A DNA stretch of 64,000 nucleotides. It comes from Elusimicrobiota bacterium (lineage in GTDB: Bacteria; Elusimicrobiota; Elusimicrobia; UBA1565). The first letter of the stretch is position 1. Every line of letters starts with the position of its first letter. The stretch spans positions 1 to 64,000 of the forward strand of contig JBDRPD010000062.1 of the NCBI GenBank assembly GCA_043827405.1, given 5' to 3'. A program made the position numbers and the translations under genes. The notes below the pieces were generated by a model that was given only the letters and a program-made list of their open reading frames with translations, did not search any database and was not told the DNA's origin. Below, in pieces: positions 21,207-31,976 of this stretch.

Positions 21207-24200
21207 ATGAGCTTGCGTCTCGCCGCGCTCTTGTCCGTTCTGGCCGCCGCGCTCCCCTGCGGGGAGGCGCGGGCCGCCGGCATCGACTGGACGGGCGCGG
21301 GGGACAACCGGTCCTGGTCGGACGGTCTCAACTGGTACCCTTCCGGCGTCCCGGCGACGGGCTCCGATGTGACCATCGCTTCGAGCACGCTCATCGTGAT
21401 CGGGGCCGGCGAGAATATCGACCTGAACTCCATAACGCTCGGCGACGGCATCTCCTCGCCGACGCTGAAGACCCAGACCGGCTTCAAAAATGTCGGAGTA
21501 TTCACCGCGGCTTCTTCGGCGACCCTGATCTTCGACACCAACCTGGTCTCCACTATGGGCGTGGTGACGATCAATTCGGGCGCTTTGATCTCCCAGCTCG
21601 GGCCGGTCGAGTCCGCGACCGTGGCCGTGCGCATGATGGTGCAGACCTTCGAGCTGCAGGCGGGGGCGACGATCACTTTGTCCGGCCGGGGCTATGCGGG
21701 CGGCGGTTCCATCGCCAACGGCAAAGGGCCGGGGGGCGGGTTAAAGGGCTCCGCCTCGGCCGGGGGCGGCGGCGGCGGTCATGGTTCGCTGGGCGGCGAC
21801 GGCAGCAATGCCGGCGGATTGACCGGAATCGGCGGCATCACCAACGATTCACAGAAGGTCCCCGAGTATATGGGCAGCGGCGGCGGCGGCGGTTTGGCGC
21901 CCTGCTTCGGCGGTCCGGGCGGCGGCTTGCTGCGGCTGTTCGCGGCGACGGCGACGATCAACGGCCTGATCGACGTCGACGGCGGTGCGGCGCCGAATTC
22001 CTGCAGCGGCGGCGGCGGCGGCGGGGCGGGAGGAGGCGTATATATCGAGACGCAGTTCCTCCATGGGCGGGGAACCTTCACCGCGCGCGGCGGCAATGGC
22101 GGCGCGGCGGCCAGCACCGGCGGCGGCGGCGGCGCGGGGGGACGGGTCGCGTTCTCCATTTCGAGCGCCACGCTGGCTGATTTCTCCGTCGATGTCGCCG
22201 CCGGTTTGGGCGGCCCGGCGCCGGGCTCGGGCAATCCGGGCGCCAACGGCGCGACCTATGCCGACCCCAAGATTTATGTGGGCAATGCCGGCGGCAACTG
22301 CAGCACCGCGGGCAACTGGTTCAGCGGGCTCACCCCGCAAATCAATGAGAACATCCTGTTCGGGTCATCCAATACTTTGACGGGGTGTATCTGGAATGTG
22401 GGCGTTTTCGGCGGCAGCCTGGGAAATTTCACCATCACCCCCGAATTCCAGGGGATCATCACCTGGTCCGCCGCCTTCAGCGATATCGGGGGAGATTTTA
22501 CCATCGCCGGAGGAACGCTGGCCTCCACCAACTCCGAGATCAAGCTGGCGGGGAACTGGAATCATACGGGAGGAGTGTTCTTGCTCGATAACGGGACGGT
22601 GACCTTTAACGGTTCCGGCGCGCAGACCATCGCCCAGCAGCCGGGGAGCTATTTCCGCAATCTGCGGATCAGCGGCGCCGCCACCGGCGCCAACAGCGTC
22701 CAGCAAACCTCGGACCTTGTGATCCGCGGCAATACCACGCTCGGCGCGCGCTTCGAAAATTCTTCCGGCGGCTATAAAATACGCCTGTGGGGAGATATGC
22801 TCGACAAGCCGCCCGATGCGGTCGGCGATACGGAGTGGATCATGGAGGGGGCGGCGCCGCAGTCGGTATCGACGGGCCCGTACTTCGCCCTGACGATCAA
22901 CAATACCAGCAGCGTCACCTTCAGCGGCTCCGACCCGCCGGGTGTCGGCCCCGGCGATCTGACGATCGGTCCCGACGCGATCCTCGACATCAGCGGCCGC
23001 GATCTCGAACTGGGCGGCGACTTTATGGACCTGGGCGGGACCTTTACCGTTGCCGGGGCGACCCTGTCTTTCGCCAACAGCACGCAGACCGTTACCTTCA
23101 ACGCCCCGGGCATAGTGCTCGAGCATGTCGATATCCGCAAGCTCGACGGGACGGTGCTGTGGCTGACCTCGGCCACGATCGGCGGCAATCTGACGCTGCG
23201 CAGTACCAGTACTCTGAGCGTAGCCAACGGCAGCACGATTACGGCGCTTGGTCACTGGACGCATATCGAGCAGGCGACGCTGGCCGCCGGTACCGGTACG
23301 GTGGTGTTCGCCGGTTCGTCGCCCCAGGTGGTCTACACGACGGCGGCGGCCGCCTTCCACCAACTCCATTCATCCAACACGACAACAGTGACGCTGTCGA
23401 CAGATGTCGTGGTGCTCAGCGATCTGGAGATGCACGCCGGAACTCTGGACTTCTCCGGAACCGCGCTGCGTGTTCGCGGCGATCTTCTCAGTTCGGGAGG
23501 AAGCAACCCGGCCGTGACCGGCTCAACTTTGACCCTCGATGGAGGGACCCTGCAGAATCTGGTCCTGGGGCCGTTCTCGCCGGCGCTCGACAGCCTCGTC
23601 ATCGCCAACTCCTCGAGCGGCGTGGTGCTGGTCAGCAGCATCACGGTGCAGCGGAACTTCACGATTCAGAGCGGCACGACGTTTTATGCCCAAGACCGAA
23701 CGCTGACGCTGACCGGAGACGGCGGCCTATGGGACAGCGCTTACGCCAACTACTATTCGGCGGGCGGCGGCCAGCATGTGGTGCGATGGAATCCCAGCGG
23801 CGGCGCCGCGACGCTGTATGTGACCAACGGGAGCACGGTGGACGCGCACATCGACGCCTACAATACGGTGTCGCTGCAGGGCTATTTGTTCATTAAGGGC
23901 GCCGGCAATAGCTTCAATGGACAGCCCGGCCTAACCTTCGTCGCCACCAACAGCCTGGTGCATCTGGCCGATGACTGCGACTTCGTCTTCCCGGCCGACG
24001 GCGCCTATGTCCATGACGCCAATTCCTGGATCATCTTCGCCGGCAGCGGAACAGACCGCGGGCTTAACCTTTCAACCGGACCGTTCGCCAATATCCGGCT
24101 GAGCCCAGACTACTCGACCAGCACCTTCGCTTTTAACAATATTACGCTCGATGGTTCGCTGGTTCTGGACCGCGGCCTGCTGCGCAATAACGGCGACCGC

Positions 24201-27200
24201 ACCTTGGTCCTCGCCGGCGACCTCCTCAACAACGGGGGGACGGTGCAGTACAGCATGTCGAGCACCGGCACCGTGCGCTTTGCCGGCGGCGCCGATCAGA
24301 CCGTGCTGCTTAGAGACGCCGACGAGTTCTCCCGTTTCGAGACCGCGTCCTCGAGCCGGGTGATCCTGGCCGGGGGGCGGTTGAACGTCGCGGGCGACTT
24401 CGTCCTCTCCTCCGGCACGCTGCGCGCGGGGAGCGCGCTGCTGAACCTGCGGGGCGACTGGAGCGGCACCGGCGGCGGCTTCCTGGCCGAGGCCAGCACC
24501 GTGGTGTTTTCTTCGGCCGGCGCCGGCGCCGCGGCGCGCTTTACCGACGGCTACGGGGTGACGTTTAACGGGCTGTCGCTGCAGGTTCCCACCATGGTGT
24601 TCAACTCCTCGTTTACCGCCGCCGTGCTGACCAGCACCCGCACGGGCGGTCTGAATATCTTCACCCCGACCGGAGCGGATCGCTATACCGTGAGCGACCT
24701 GCGCATCAACGGCGGTTCCGTGAGCGACCGCATCCGAATTCGCAGTTCGGTTCCCGGCACGCTGTTCGGCATCAGCATCGTCAGCGTTTCCAGCGTGACC
24801 GCCGCCGATATCCAGGATTCCAACGCCGTCGGCACCGTTATCCACGCCAACGACGGCGACAGCGTGGATTCCGGAAACAATATCAACTGGAACATCAAGC
24901 CGAACCTGGTACTGATCGCGCCGGGAGAATCCTTCGCGGAGACCATCGGCAAGACCGGCACGCCGAGCGTGCAGACTGCCGGCGCGCCGTTCACCGTTAC
25001 CGTACGGGCCGTCTCCTCGAACTTCCGCACCCGAACGGATTTCGCCGGGACCGTCAGCGTGACGAGCGACGACCCTTACGATACCGAGCCGGCGCCCGCG
25101 GCGCTGACCGGGGGTGTCGGGACCTTTATCGTGTCGCTGCGCATCGCCGAGCCGGCGCCCTATCCTTCGCCGCTGCAGGCGGCCAGCGCGGGGGTTTTCG
25201 CCGGAACGTCCGCCGTGATCGGCGTGAATCCGGCGTACTTTGACCGGCTGCAGCTGACTTTCGAGGGCGAGACGCTGGTCCCGGGTTCGCCCGACGGCAT
25301 ATCAGGCGTGCCGAACGCCAAGGTCATCGGGCTGCCGTTCGGCGTCACGGTACGGGCCACCGATCCCTTCTGGAACCTGCGTACGGGCGAGACCGACACC
25401 GTCGAGCTGTCGACGGCGGCGGTCTCCTCGGTTACGCTGCCGTCGCCGGTAGCGATGACGGGCGGGCGGGGCCTATTCGCCGGCATCTACTCGCATACGA
25501 CGACGTCGATGCTGCTGCGGGCGCGCGACCTCACCAACGGAAATGTCAAGCTCAGCACCGGCCAGCCGGTCGTGATCTTCGGCCTTTCCGTCTCCAGCCC
25601 CATCGCGATGCTGGGCATCGCTCAGGACTCGATCGTGCCGACCTTGGGCGGCGCGCTGGTGGGGACGGCCTCCGACAGCGTCGCGGTGACCGAGGTTCGG
25701 CTCTCGATCAAGGACTCCGCGGCGGGGAAGTTCTTCGACTGGACGGCGCTTGCTTTCAGCTCGGGAGCGCCCGAGTACAAGCGGGCGGCGATCAGCCCGC
25801 AGAACAGCCCGCAGGCGCAGTGGTCGCTGAGCTTCCCGGATGAGCGGCTGACCAGCGGCAAGGAGTACTACGTGCTGCTGCAGTCGTCGAACCCCTCGCA
25901 GTATGTTTCCAGCGTCTATTCGACGTTTACTTTCGATACCGGCGGGCTGGTGTTCGACCCGACCGACGGCCAGGGGACGGCCGCTGTGCTTCCGGCCGCG
26001 ACCGTCGGCTGCCGGCAGGTTATCTCGACGGTAACCTTTACCGTGGGCGCCGACGGGATCGGCAAGGAAGGCGCCGTGGCTTTGCGCGTCCCCGAAGGAT
26101 GGACGCGGCCGACGGCGCTGGCCGGCCTTACGCCGCAGCCCGGCCAAGTGCGGATTATCGGCGGCTCGGCGGCTTATCCCGCTTCCACCGAGGTGACGTT
26201 CAACCCGCCGCGATACGGCGGCACCGAACTGGGAGATCAGTGGGTCCTGGTGAGCGTCAAAGCGAGCGCGGCCAACGAGTTCGCCGGCGGCGATACGCTG
26301 CAGTTCGTCTATTCCGGCTTCCCGCCCAACGGCCCGGCCGGCCAGGGCGTGCAGTTTTTCGACCTGCGCACCCAGGGCGCCGCGTCCGGGAACCTGGTCA
26401 GCATCTCGACGGTGCCCAGCCTGACGCTCAGCCCAGGGACGGCAAGCGCGCTCCGCTTCGACGACCAGCGGCCGCTCATTCTCGGGCCGCTGCAGGCGTC
26501 GGCCACCATGCGGCTGCTGGTCACCGATGCCTGCGGCAATCCGGCCGCGGCCGCCGGCGCCGCGCCCGTGGTGCTGTCGGCCGGGGTGCCGGAAACGGCG
26601 GGCTTTGCCGTCGACGCGAACGCGGAGTTTTTCCTGGGCGGTACCCCGACCAACTCCGTTCAGATCGGCGCCGGCGAGAGCGCGTCGCAGCCTTTCTATT
26701 TCCGGACTTCGACTACCGGCGTCGGCTTCGAGCTGCTGCGCGCCACCGCGGTTCTGGCGGGCGGCGCCGCCGCCGTCGACCGGCCGGTGCGGCTGCGGGC
26801 TTCAGCGGTCGCGCTGACCGGCGTCTCCATCGATTCGGGGACCCTGATCGCGGGGGCGACCAGCGTCCTCGTCGTGCCCGGCCGCAGCGGCTCGCGCGCC
26901 GTCGTGCGTTTCCGGCTTCCCGACGCGGCCCTGCGCTGGGAGGTCGTGGTCGCGACCGATTCCACTTTTGATCCGCCGGTTTTCACCGCCGCGGGGTTCG
27001 GCCGCCCGGACGCCCCGGTGCTGGTCGCGTTTGACGGCATGCGCTGCCGGCGCGGCAGCTGCGGCTTCCTTCCTCCCGGGACGTATCCGGTACGCATCCG
27101 GTCTCCCGGAAGCACCGCCGAGGATACCACGCTCGAGGTGCGGGTGGACGCCGCGCCGATGATCTACGGCGTGGTGCGCCTGCAGAGCGGCGCTGCCGGG

Positions 27201-30200
27201 GCGGGCGCGGTAGTCCGGGCGGACGGTCCGGGCAGCGGCGTCGGCAGCTTCGCGGTGGCAAGCTCCACCGGCTACTTCCAGATCTTCGGGCTGCGGGACG
27301 GCGGGGTATATACGGTGACCGCGGACACCGCGGTCTTCGTCTCCGGCCAGCACGTGACTCTCAGCACGCGGGTATTCGGCGTCAGCGCTTCGTCGGATGT
27401 CGGCACCAGCACTTTCCCCGCCGCCTCCTTCATCCGGGTGAACGTGGGCATCCCGATGGCCTCTCCTATCGAGTTCTTCGGCCGCGTATCGGCGCATGAC
27501 GCGAGCTATGCGGCCGAGGCCTTCGGCACGCTCCACTTTTCCTCCGGCCGCTCGCGCTCCGATGACGGCGGCACCGCGATGAGCCTCGCCGCGAGCACCT
27601 GGACCACGCTGCATCTGCCGCCGGGGATCTATGACCTCGACGTCGATCTGGGGCGCATCGGCGTCACCACGCAGGTGGCCGGCGTCTCCCTGGCCGCCGG
27701 CGGCATGACCGATGTGACGCTGCAGCTCGAGCGGCCGGCGAACGTCTACGGCTTCATCGTGCTGCCTTCTACCAAGCCGTTCGGCGCCCCGGTCTCGGTG
27801 CGGGCGCTGCGGCAGGGCGCGACGTACCCGGCGGCGTTCGCCGGGACCTTCGTCGAGGCCTCCACGAGCAGCGTCGCGATCACCAGCGCGCCGTATCGCC
27901 TGTACGGCCTGTCCGCCGGGACGTGGATGCTGACCGCGCAGGGCGAGGGCTATGTTTCGGTGTCCTCGACGCTCTATGTCGCCGCGGGGACGGATATCGG
28001 CGATCCGGTATGGGGCGTCGGCAACCTGAATTTCACTTTGGGCCTTGGAGGCGTGATCTACGGGACCGTCACCGTGACGGGCGACACGACGGCTCTTTTC
28101 GACCCGCCCGACGCGAACGCGCCCGCCGGAAGGTCCGGCTTCAGCGTCTACCTGACCGCCTATGATCCCGCGACCTACGAGATGCGGACGCAGCGCGTGC
28201 GACTGTCGACCAATACGACGGTTACGTCGGCGACCTATACGCTGACCGGCCTGACGCCGGGGACGCATGCCCTCAGCGCCTTCCTCGCGGGTTTTGAAAA
28301 GTCGCCGCCGGGAGCGGAAAGCGTCGCGGTCTCCAGTATTACGCAGGTTAACATGAGCTTCGTGCCGGTCTCCGGCGGACTGCGTTTGAATATCGACCTG
28401 CCGCCGGCCGGCGGCGCCTGCCGTCCGGCCGCCGACTACGGCGAGGTCGGGCTGTTCGTCGAGGGGCCGGATATCGGCCCCGAGGTCTACGCCGATATCA
28501 CCGTTTTCGACAATTTTCGCGCCGGCGTCGTGGAGGAGCTGTTCTGTTCCAGCATGTCGCTGACGGTTCCGGGGCTGGGGACCGGCGTGCACAATTTCCG
28601 CCTCATGCACGGGCCCTCCGGAAACGCGCAGGACCTGTTCCTGCCGCTGATCAGCGGGGCGACGGCCGCCGTTCGCGTCGATCTCGCCGCCGCGACCTAT
28701 ACGGTCTCGGGAACCGCCGCGATCTCCGGAGTGGTGCGGTTTTCGGGTTCCGATTTCGCGATTTCCGTCAGCTCGGCGGCGGGGCTGGTGGCGCAGTCGA
28801 CGCGCGCCGCCTACTGTTTATTGTCCTCAAGCGAGCCGGTGACGCTGTCCGCCGCCCGCGTTGAGCTCGTCGCGCTGGACCGGCGCGGCGGGACCGTTCC
28901 CGGTCCGCTGCGGATATCGACCGCCGCCGACTGCCTGCGCTATTCGCTCGCTCCGTCATCGGCGGCGCCGCCCGCGCTGGTCGCCTACGCCGCGGAGCTC
29001 ACGGCGGACGGCAGCTACACCATCGCCGGGGTTCCCGCGGGCGCCTACCTGCTGCGGACGCCGGGCGACCTGGACGGGGATTCAAGCAACGGCGATGAGG
29101 CCGCTCCCGTACGCAAGGTGCTCAACGTGACGGGCGACCTTACGGCGGATGTCGAGATCGGCAATGGAGCGAGCGTTCGCGGAACGGTATCGCTGCCGCC
29201 GGGCTATTCCCTCAGCCGCCCGGTCGCGGTGAGTCTGCTGGACGGCCGCGGGAAGACGGTGCGGCGCCAAGTGCTGCATTTCGCGAAAAAGGACGCCGTT
29301 TCTTATGTGTTCGAGCAGGTGGCGGACGGCGCGTATGCGGTGACCGCGGAGGATATCGCGCAAACCAAAGGGTTCGCGGCCAAGCCCCTGCTGCTGACGG
29401 TCGCGGGCGCTGATCTCGATGACCAGGACCTTGAGCTGCGGCTCGCGGGCCGCATCCGCGGCCGTCTTGCCGTAGAAAGATCGCGTCCGGAAGGGACGCG
29501 CGACTTCGCCGTCATCACGCCGGACAACCGTGATCTGCTCCCCGGCGGTTTGAAGATCGCGGCCGCGGCGGATCCGTGGTTCCAGGGCGGCTTGTATGAA
29601 GCGAATGGCGACCAATGCAATGATTTGGGATGCGGGCGCGCGGCTTTGGACGCCGAGGGCGCGTTTGTAATCGAAGGCGTTCTTCCGGGCAGCTATAACC
29701 TGGAATTTTATGCGGTCAGCGGCGCGGCGGACGCGCAGGCCGGCCGGCCGGCTTTGGTCCCCACGCGCCGGGCGGGCATCGGCGTGGAGGCGGCGCGCAC
29801 CACAGATGTGGGCGTCGTGCGGCTGCGCATGGGCGCCACGCTCGGCGGACAGGTTACGGATGCGGTTAGCGGAGAAGGCTTGGCGAATATCCGCATCATG
29901 GCGCGGCCGATGGGCGGGGCGCCGGGCGCGGAGAGCAGCCGCATACTGCCTCCGGAGACGCAGGCGGGCCGCGACGGACGCTACGAGCTCCGCGGCCTTG
30001 ATCCCGAGGTGCGCTACTACGAGATAATCGCCGCCGAACGGGAAGACGGCGCGTCGACCGGCGAGACGCCGGCCTACGAGCGGACGGTCTATCCGACGAT
30101 TGATATCCGCAGCACCGCGACGCTTAATATCGCGCTGCGCCGCGCCGCTTTCACGGCAACCGGCCGCGTCGTCTCTTCCGGCGGCGGGAGCCTGTCCTAT

Positions 30201-31976
30201 TCCGAAAATGGAGAGTCCCGGCCCGGAGCGCGTCTCTACCTGCAGAAGGAAGGAGTTATCGCCACGCGCAGTCCTTTCGGCGACATCCTCACCCATGCGG
30301 CGCCGGACGGGAGCTACTCGGTGCCGGGTCTTGCCCCGGGCTCCTACCGCCTGCGGGCGGCGGCCCTTAACCATGCGCCGGCCGTGACCGCGTTTACCAT
30401 TACGGTATCCTCGGTGGATATCGGAACGATGACCCTTGATCCGGGCGCGACCCTGTCCGGGTCCATCCGCTTCCCCGACGGTACGGCGCCGGGCGAGGAC
30501 GATATCGCGGCGGTGCTGGGCGCCACGCCCGACCAAGGCGAGGTGCTGTCGGGGACACTGACGAAGGATCCGGTCACGCGGACGGTGACGGGCTACCGTC
30601 TCAGCGGCTTCCGGCGCGATACGGTGTACCGTCTGGTGTTCATCACTCCGCGCCAGGAAGTCGTTTCGCCGGCTGAAGGGTACTATGTCGTTTTCGCCAG
30701 CAGCGTGGAGACGCGCGGCCTCGACCTGGTGTTTCGCCGCCGGAAGCCGTACGTGCTGGCCAAGTCGCGGCGTACCGGCGCGGATTTCCTGCTCGAGTTT
30801 CAGACCAGCCATCCCCTGCGCGCGCGCACCTCCGACGACAGCGACCTTTCCCGCATCCTGTCGACGACGAGCGCTCTGGGGACCTTGAAGAACCGCGAGC
30901 TTTCGACGGATCGCCAGCGCCTGCGCGCCGAGTATACGCCTGCGGTCGGCGAATCGAGCTTCACCGTGCGGCTTAAGGCCTACAGCGCCCTCAAGGATCC
31001 GGATTCCTCCGATACGGTCAATGCGGAGTTCATGGTGAACTCGACCTTCTCCTTCTATGCCGGGCTCGACGGCTACCAGCGGACCAGCATCCCCAACCTC
31101 GCGGGCGGCGCGCTCGCGCTCGAGGGGGACAGCGGGCGGGTGGCGCTGCCGGAAGGGGCGTTTTTTGTGGATCCGTCGTCCGCGGTGCTGGTTACGTTCC
31201 AGCGCTCCAGCGAGCTGCTGACCGATGCCGAGCGCTATGCGGCGAGCGGGCTGAGCCCGGCGGCGGCCAATCTCCGCTCCCTGCGCTATCCCGTGCAAGC
31301 CTATCCGCCCGGGGTCCTGTCGGCGCTGGCCGCGACGCCGCCGCAGCTTGATCCGCTTTCCGCATTCTACGACGTCCTCCTGCCGCTGGGGGTGCGTACC
31401 GCGCTCGCCGCGCCGGTGAAGATTACGCTGCGCTATGCGGCGGGCGTCGATCCGGCCGAGCTCAACGTCTACTGGTATAATCCGGCGGCCAACGCCTACG
31501 TGCTGCAGCAGGACGCGACCGGGGCGGCGCCGGAGATCGACACGGCGAACCGGACGATAACGATTCACGTCAGCCATTTTTCGACCTTCGTGCTGTTCCA
31601 GACCGGCGTTTCGGTCATTACCGGCAACAGCTTCGGCGGCGGGGAGATCGAGGCCTATAATTTCCCGAACCCCTTCGACCTGAAGTTCAAGACGGTGACG
31701 CCGGTCCACGGCGTGGCGGCGCAGTCCGTTCGCGGCACCATGATCCGCATCGGGCTGCCCGCGGACGCGAGCGGCGGCGCCAGCCTGCATATCTTCAATA
31801 TCGCCGGCCAGCGGGTGCGGACGATCGATCTTGGCACTTTGCGCGGCGGGCAGACCTATTATCAGCCTTGGGATGGACGCGGCGACGGCGGGCGCGACGT
31901 CGCCAGCGGCGTCTATTTCGCGCAGGTTAAAGTCGGGGACAGGTTCAAGTTCTTCAAGATGGCGGTCATCGAATGA
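21207..31976 (+). CDS. Giant secreted surface protein (3589 aa): Gly-rich domain, beta-solenoid-like repeats, Ig-like and carboxypeptidase-regulatory-like stalk, HFS motif, T9SS-CTD/FlgD-Ig-like C-terminus
   Basis: Signal peptide (ARA-AG); poly-Gly runs; GxWxxxGGxF...TVxF repeats; C-terminal YNFPNPF...IFNIAGQRVR...WDGR...VASGVYF...KMAVIE. Confidence 0.9.
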   Translation: MSLRLAALLSVLAAALPCGEARAAGIDWTGAGDNRSWSDGLNWYPSGVPATGSDVTIASSTLIVIGAGENIDLNSITLGDGISSPTLKTQTGFKNVGVFTAASSATLIFDTNLVSTMGVVTINSGALISQLGPVESATVAVRMMVQTFELQAGATITLSGRGYAGGGSIANGKGPGGGLKGSASAGGGGGGHGSLGGDGSNAGGLTGIGGITNDSQKVPEYMGSGGGGGLAPCFGGPGGGLLRLFAATATINGLIDVDGGAAPNSCSGGGGGGAGGGVYIETQFLHGRGTFTARGGNGGAAASTGGGGGAGGRVAFSISSATLADFSVDVAAGLGGPAPGSGNPGANGATYADPKIYVGNAGGNCSTAGNWFSGLTPQINENILFGSSNTLTGCIWNVGVFGGSLGNFTITPEFQGIITWSAAFSDIGGDFTIAGGTLASTNSEIKLAGNWNHTGGVFLLDNGTVTFNGSGAQTIAQQPGSYFRNLRISGAATGANSVQQTSDLVIRGNTTLGARFENSSGGYKIRLWGDMLDKPPDAVGDTEWIMEGAAPQSVSTGPYFALTINNTSSVTFSGSDPPGVGPGDLTIGPDAILDISGRDLELGGDFMDLGGTFTVAGATLSFANSTQTVTFNAPGIVLEHVDIRKLDGTVLWLTSATIGGNLTLRSTSTLSVANGSTITALGHWTHIEQATLAAGTGTVVFAGSSPQVVYTTAAAAFHQLHSSNTTTVTLSTDVVVLSDLEMHAGTLDFSGTALRVRGDLLSSGGSNPAVTGSTLTLDGGTLQNLVLGPFSPALDSLVIANSSSGVVLVSSITVQRNFTIQSGTTFYAQDRTLTLTGDGGLWDSAYANYYSAGGGQHVVRWNPSGGAATLYVTNGSTVDAHIDAYNTVSLQGYLFIKGAGNSFNGQPGLTFVATNSLVHLADDCDFVFPADGAYVHDANSWIIFAGSGTDRGLNLSTGPFANIRLSPDYSTSTFAFNNITLDGSLVLDRGLLRNNGDRTLVLAGDLLNNGGTVQYSMSSTGTVRFAGGADQTVLLRDADEFSRFETASSSRVILAGGRLNVAGDFVLSSGTLRAGSALLNLRGDWSGTGGGFLAEASTVVFSSAGAGAAARFTDGYGVTFNGLSLQVPTMVFNSSFTAAVLTSTRTGGLNIFTPTGADRYTVSDLRINGGSVSDRIRIRSSVPGTLFGISIVSVSSVTAADIQDSNAVGTVIHANDGDSVDSGNNINWNIKPNLVLIAPGESFAETIGKTGTPSVQTAGAPFTVTVRAVSSNFRTRTDFAGTVSVTSDDPYDTEPAPAALTGGVGTFIVSLRIAEPAPYPSPLQAASAGVFAGTSAVIGVNPAYFDRLQLTFEGETLVPGSPDGISGVPNAKVIGLPFGVTVRATDPFWNLRTGETDTVELSTAAVSSVTLPSPVAMTGGRGLFAGIYSHTTTSMLLRARDLTNGNVKLSTGQPVVIFGLSVSSPIAMLGIAQDSIVPTLGGALVGTASDSVAVTEVRLSIKDSAAGKFFDWTALAFSSGAPEYKRAAISPQNSPQAQWSLSFPDERLTSGKEYYVLLQSSNPSQYVSSVYSTFTFDTGGLVFDPTDGQGTAAVLPAATVGCRQVISTVTFTVGADGIGKEGAVALRVPEGWTRPTALAGLTPQPGQVRIIGGSAAYPASTEVTFNPPRYGGTELGDQWVLVSVKASAANEFAGGDTLQFVYSGFPPNGPAGQGVQFFDLRTQGAASGNLVSISTVPSLTLSPGTASALRFDDQRPLILGPLQASATMRLLVTDACGNPAAAAGAAPVVLSAGVPETAGFAVDANAEFFLGGTPTNSVQIGAGESASQPFYFRTSTTGVGFELLRATAVLAGGAAAVDRPVRLRASAVALTGVSIDSGTLIAGATSVLVVPGRSGSRAVVRFRLPDAALRWEVVVATDSTFDPPVFTAAGFGRPDAPVLVAFDGMRCRRGSCGFLPPGTYPVRIRSPGSTAEDTTLEVRVDAAPMIYGVVRLQSGAAGAGAVVRADGPGSGVGSFAVASSTGYFQIFGLRDGGVYTVTADTAVFVSGQHVTLSTRVFGVSASSDVGTSTFPAASFIRVNVGIPMASPIEFFGRVSAHDASYAAEAFGTLHFSSGRSRSDDGGTAMSLAASTWTTLHLPPGIYDLDVDLGRIGVTTQVAGVSLAAGGMTDVTLQLERPANVYGFIVLPSTKPFGAPVSVRALRQGATYPAAFAGTFVEASTSSVAITSAPYRLYGLSAGTWMLTAQGEGYVSVSSTLYVAAGTDIGDPVWGVGNLNFTLGLGGVIYGTVTVTGDTTALFDPPDANAPAGRSGFSVYLTAYDPATYEMRTQRVRLSTNTTVTSATYTLTGLTPGTHALSAFLAGFEKSPPGAESVAVSSITQVNMSFVPVSGGLRLNIDLPPAGGACRPAADYGEVGLFVEGPDIGPEVYADITVFDNFRAGVVEELFCSSMSLTVPGLGTGVHNFRLMHGPSGNAQDLFLPLISGATAAVRVDLAAATYTVSGTAAISGVVRFSGSDFAISVSSAAGLVAQSTRAAYCLLSSSEPVTLSAARVELVALDRRGGTVPGPLRISTAADCLRYSLAPSSAAPPALVAYAAELTADGSYTIAGVPAGAYLLRTPGDLDGDSSNGDEAAPVRKVLNVTGDLTADVEIGNGASVRGTVSLPPGYSLSRPVAVSLLDGRGKTVRRQVLHFAKKDAVSYVFEQVADGAYAVTAEDIAQTKGFAAKPLLLTVAGADLDDQDLELRLAGRIRGRLAVERSRPEGTRDFAVITPDNRDLLPGGLKIAAAADPWFQGGLYEANGDQCNDLGCGRAALDAEGAFVIEGVLPGSYNLEFYAVSGAADAQAGRPALVPTRRAGIGVEAARTTDVGVVRLRMGATLGGQVTDAVSGEGLANIRIMARPMGGAPGAESSRILPPETQAGRDGRYELRGLDPEVRYYEIIAAEREDGASTGETPAYERTVYPTIDIRSTATLNIALRRAAFTATGRVVSSGGGSLSYSENGESRPGARLYLQKEGVIATRSPFGDILTHAAPDGSYSVPGLAPGSYRLRAAALNHAPAVTAFTITVSSVDIGTMTLDPGATLSGSIRFPDGTAPGEDDIAAVLGATPDQGEVLSGTLTKDPVTRTVTGYRLSGFRRDTVYRLVFITPRQEVVSPAEGYYVVFASSVETRGLDLVFRRRKPYVLAKSRRTGADFLLEFQTSHPLRARTSDDSDLSRILSTTSALGTLKNRELSTDRQRLRAEYTPAVGESSFTVRLKAYSALKDPDSSDTVNAEFMVNSTFSFYAGLDGYQRTSIPNLAGGALALEGDSGRVALPEGAFFVDPSSAVLVTFQRSSELLTDAERYAASGLSPAAANLRSLRYPVQAYPPGVLSALAATPPQLDPLSAFYDVLLPLGVRTALAAPVKITLRYAAGVDPAELNVYWYNPAANAYVLQQDATGAAPEIDTANRTITIHVSHFSTFVLFQTGVSVITGNSFGGGEIEAYNFPNPFDLKFKTVTPVHGVAAQSVRGTMIRIGLPADASGGASLHIFNIAGQRVRTIDLGTLRGGQTYYQPWDGRGDGGRDVASGVYFAQVKVGDRFKFFKMAVIE

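Noticed and set aside
29082..31790. 902-aa antisense ORF and other long shadow ORFs (14572..16467, 26802..28610, 35192..36940, 48115..50265, 55201..56964)
   Set aside because: They lie opposite well-supported genes in GC-rich DNA, where stop codons are scarce on the other strand, and show no recognisable motifs.
1..31976. Polymorphic toxin, RTX, autotransporter or NRPS/PKS interpretation of the giants
   Set aside because: No RHS/YD core, GGxGxD nonapeptide runs, C-terminal autotransporter barrel, immunity gene or synthase motifs were seen.
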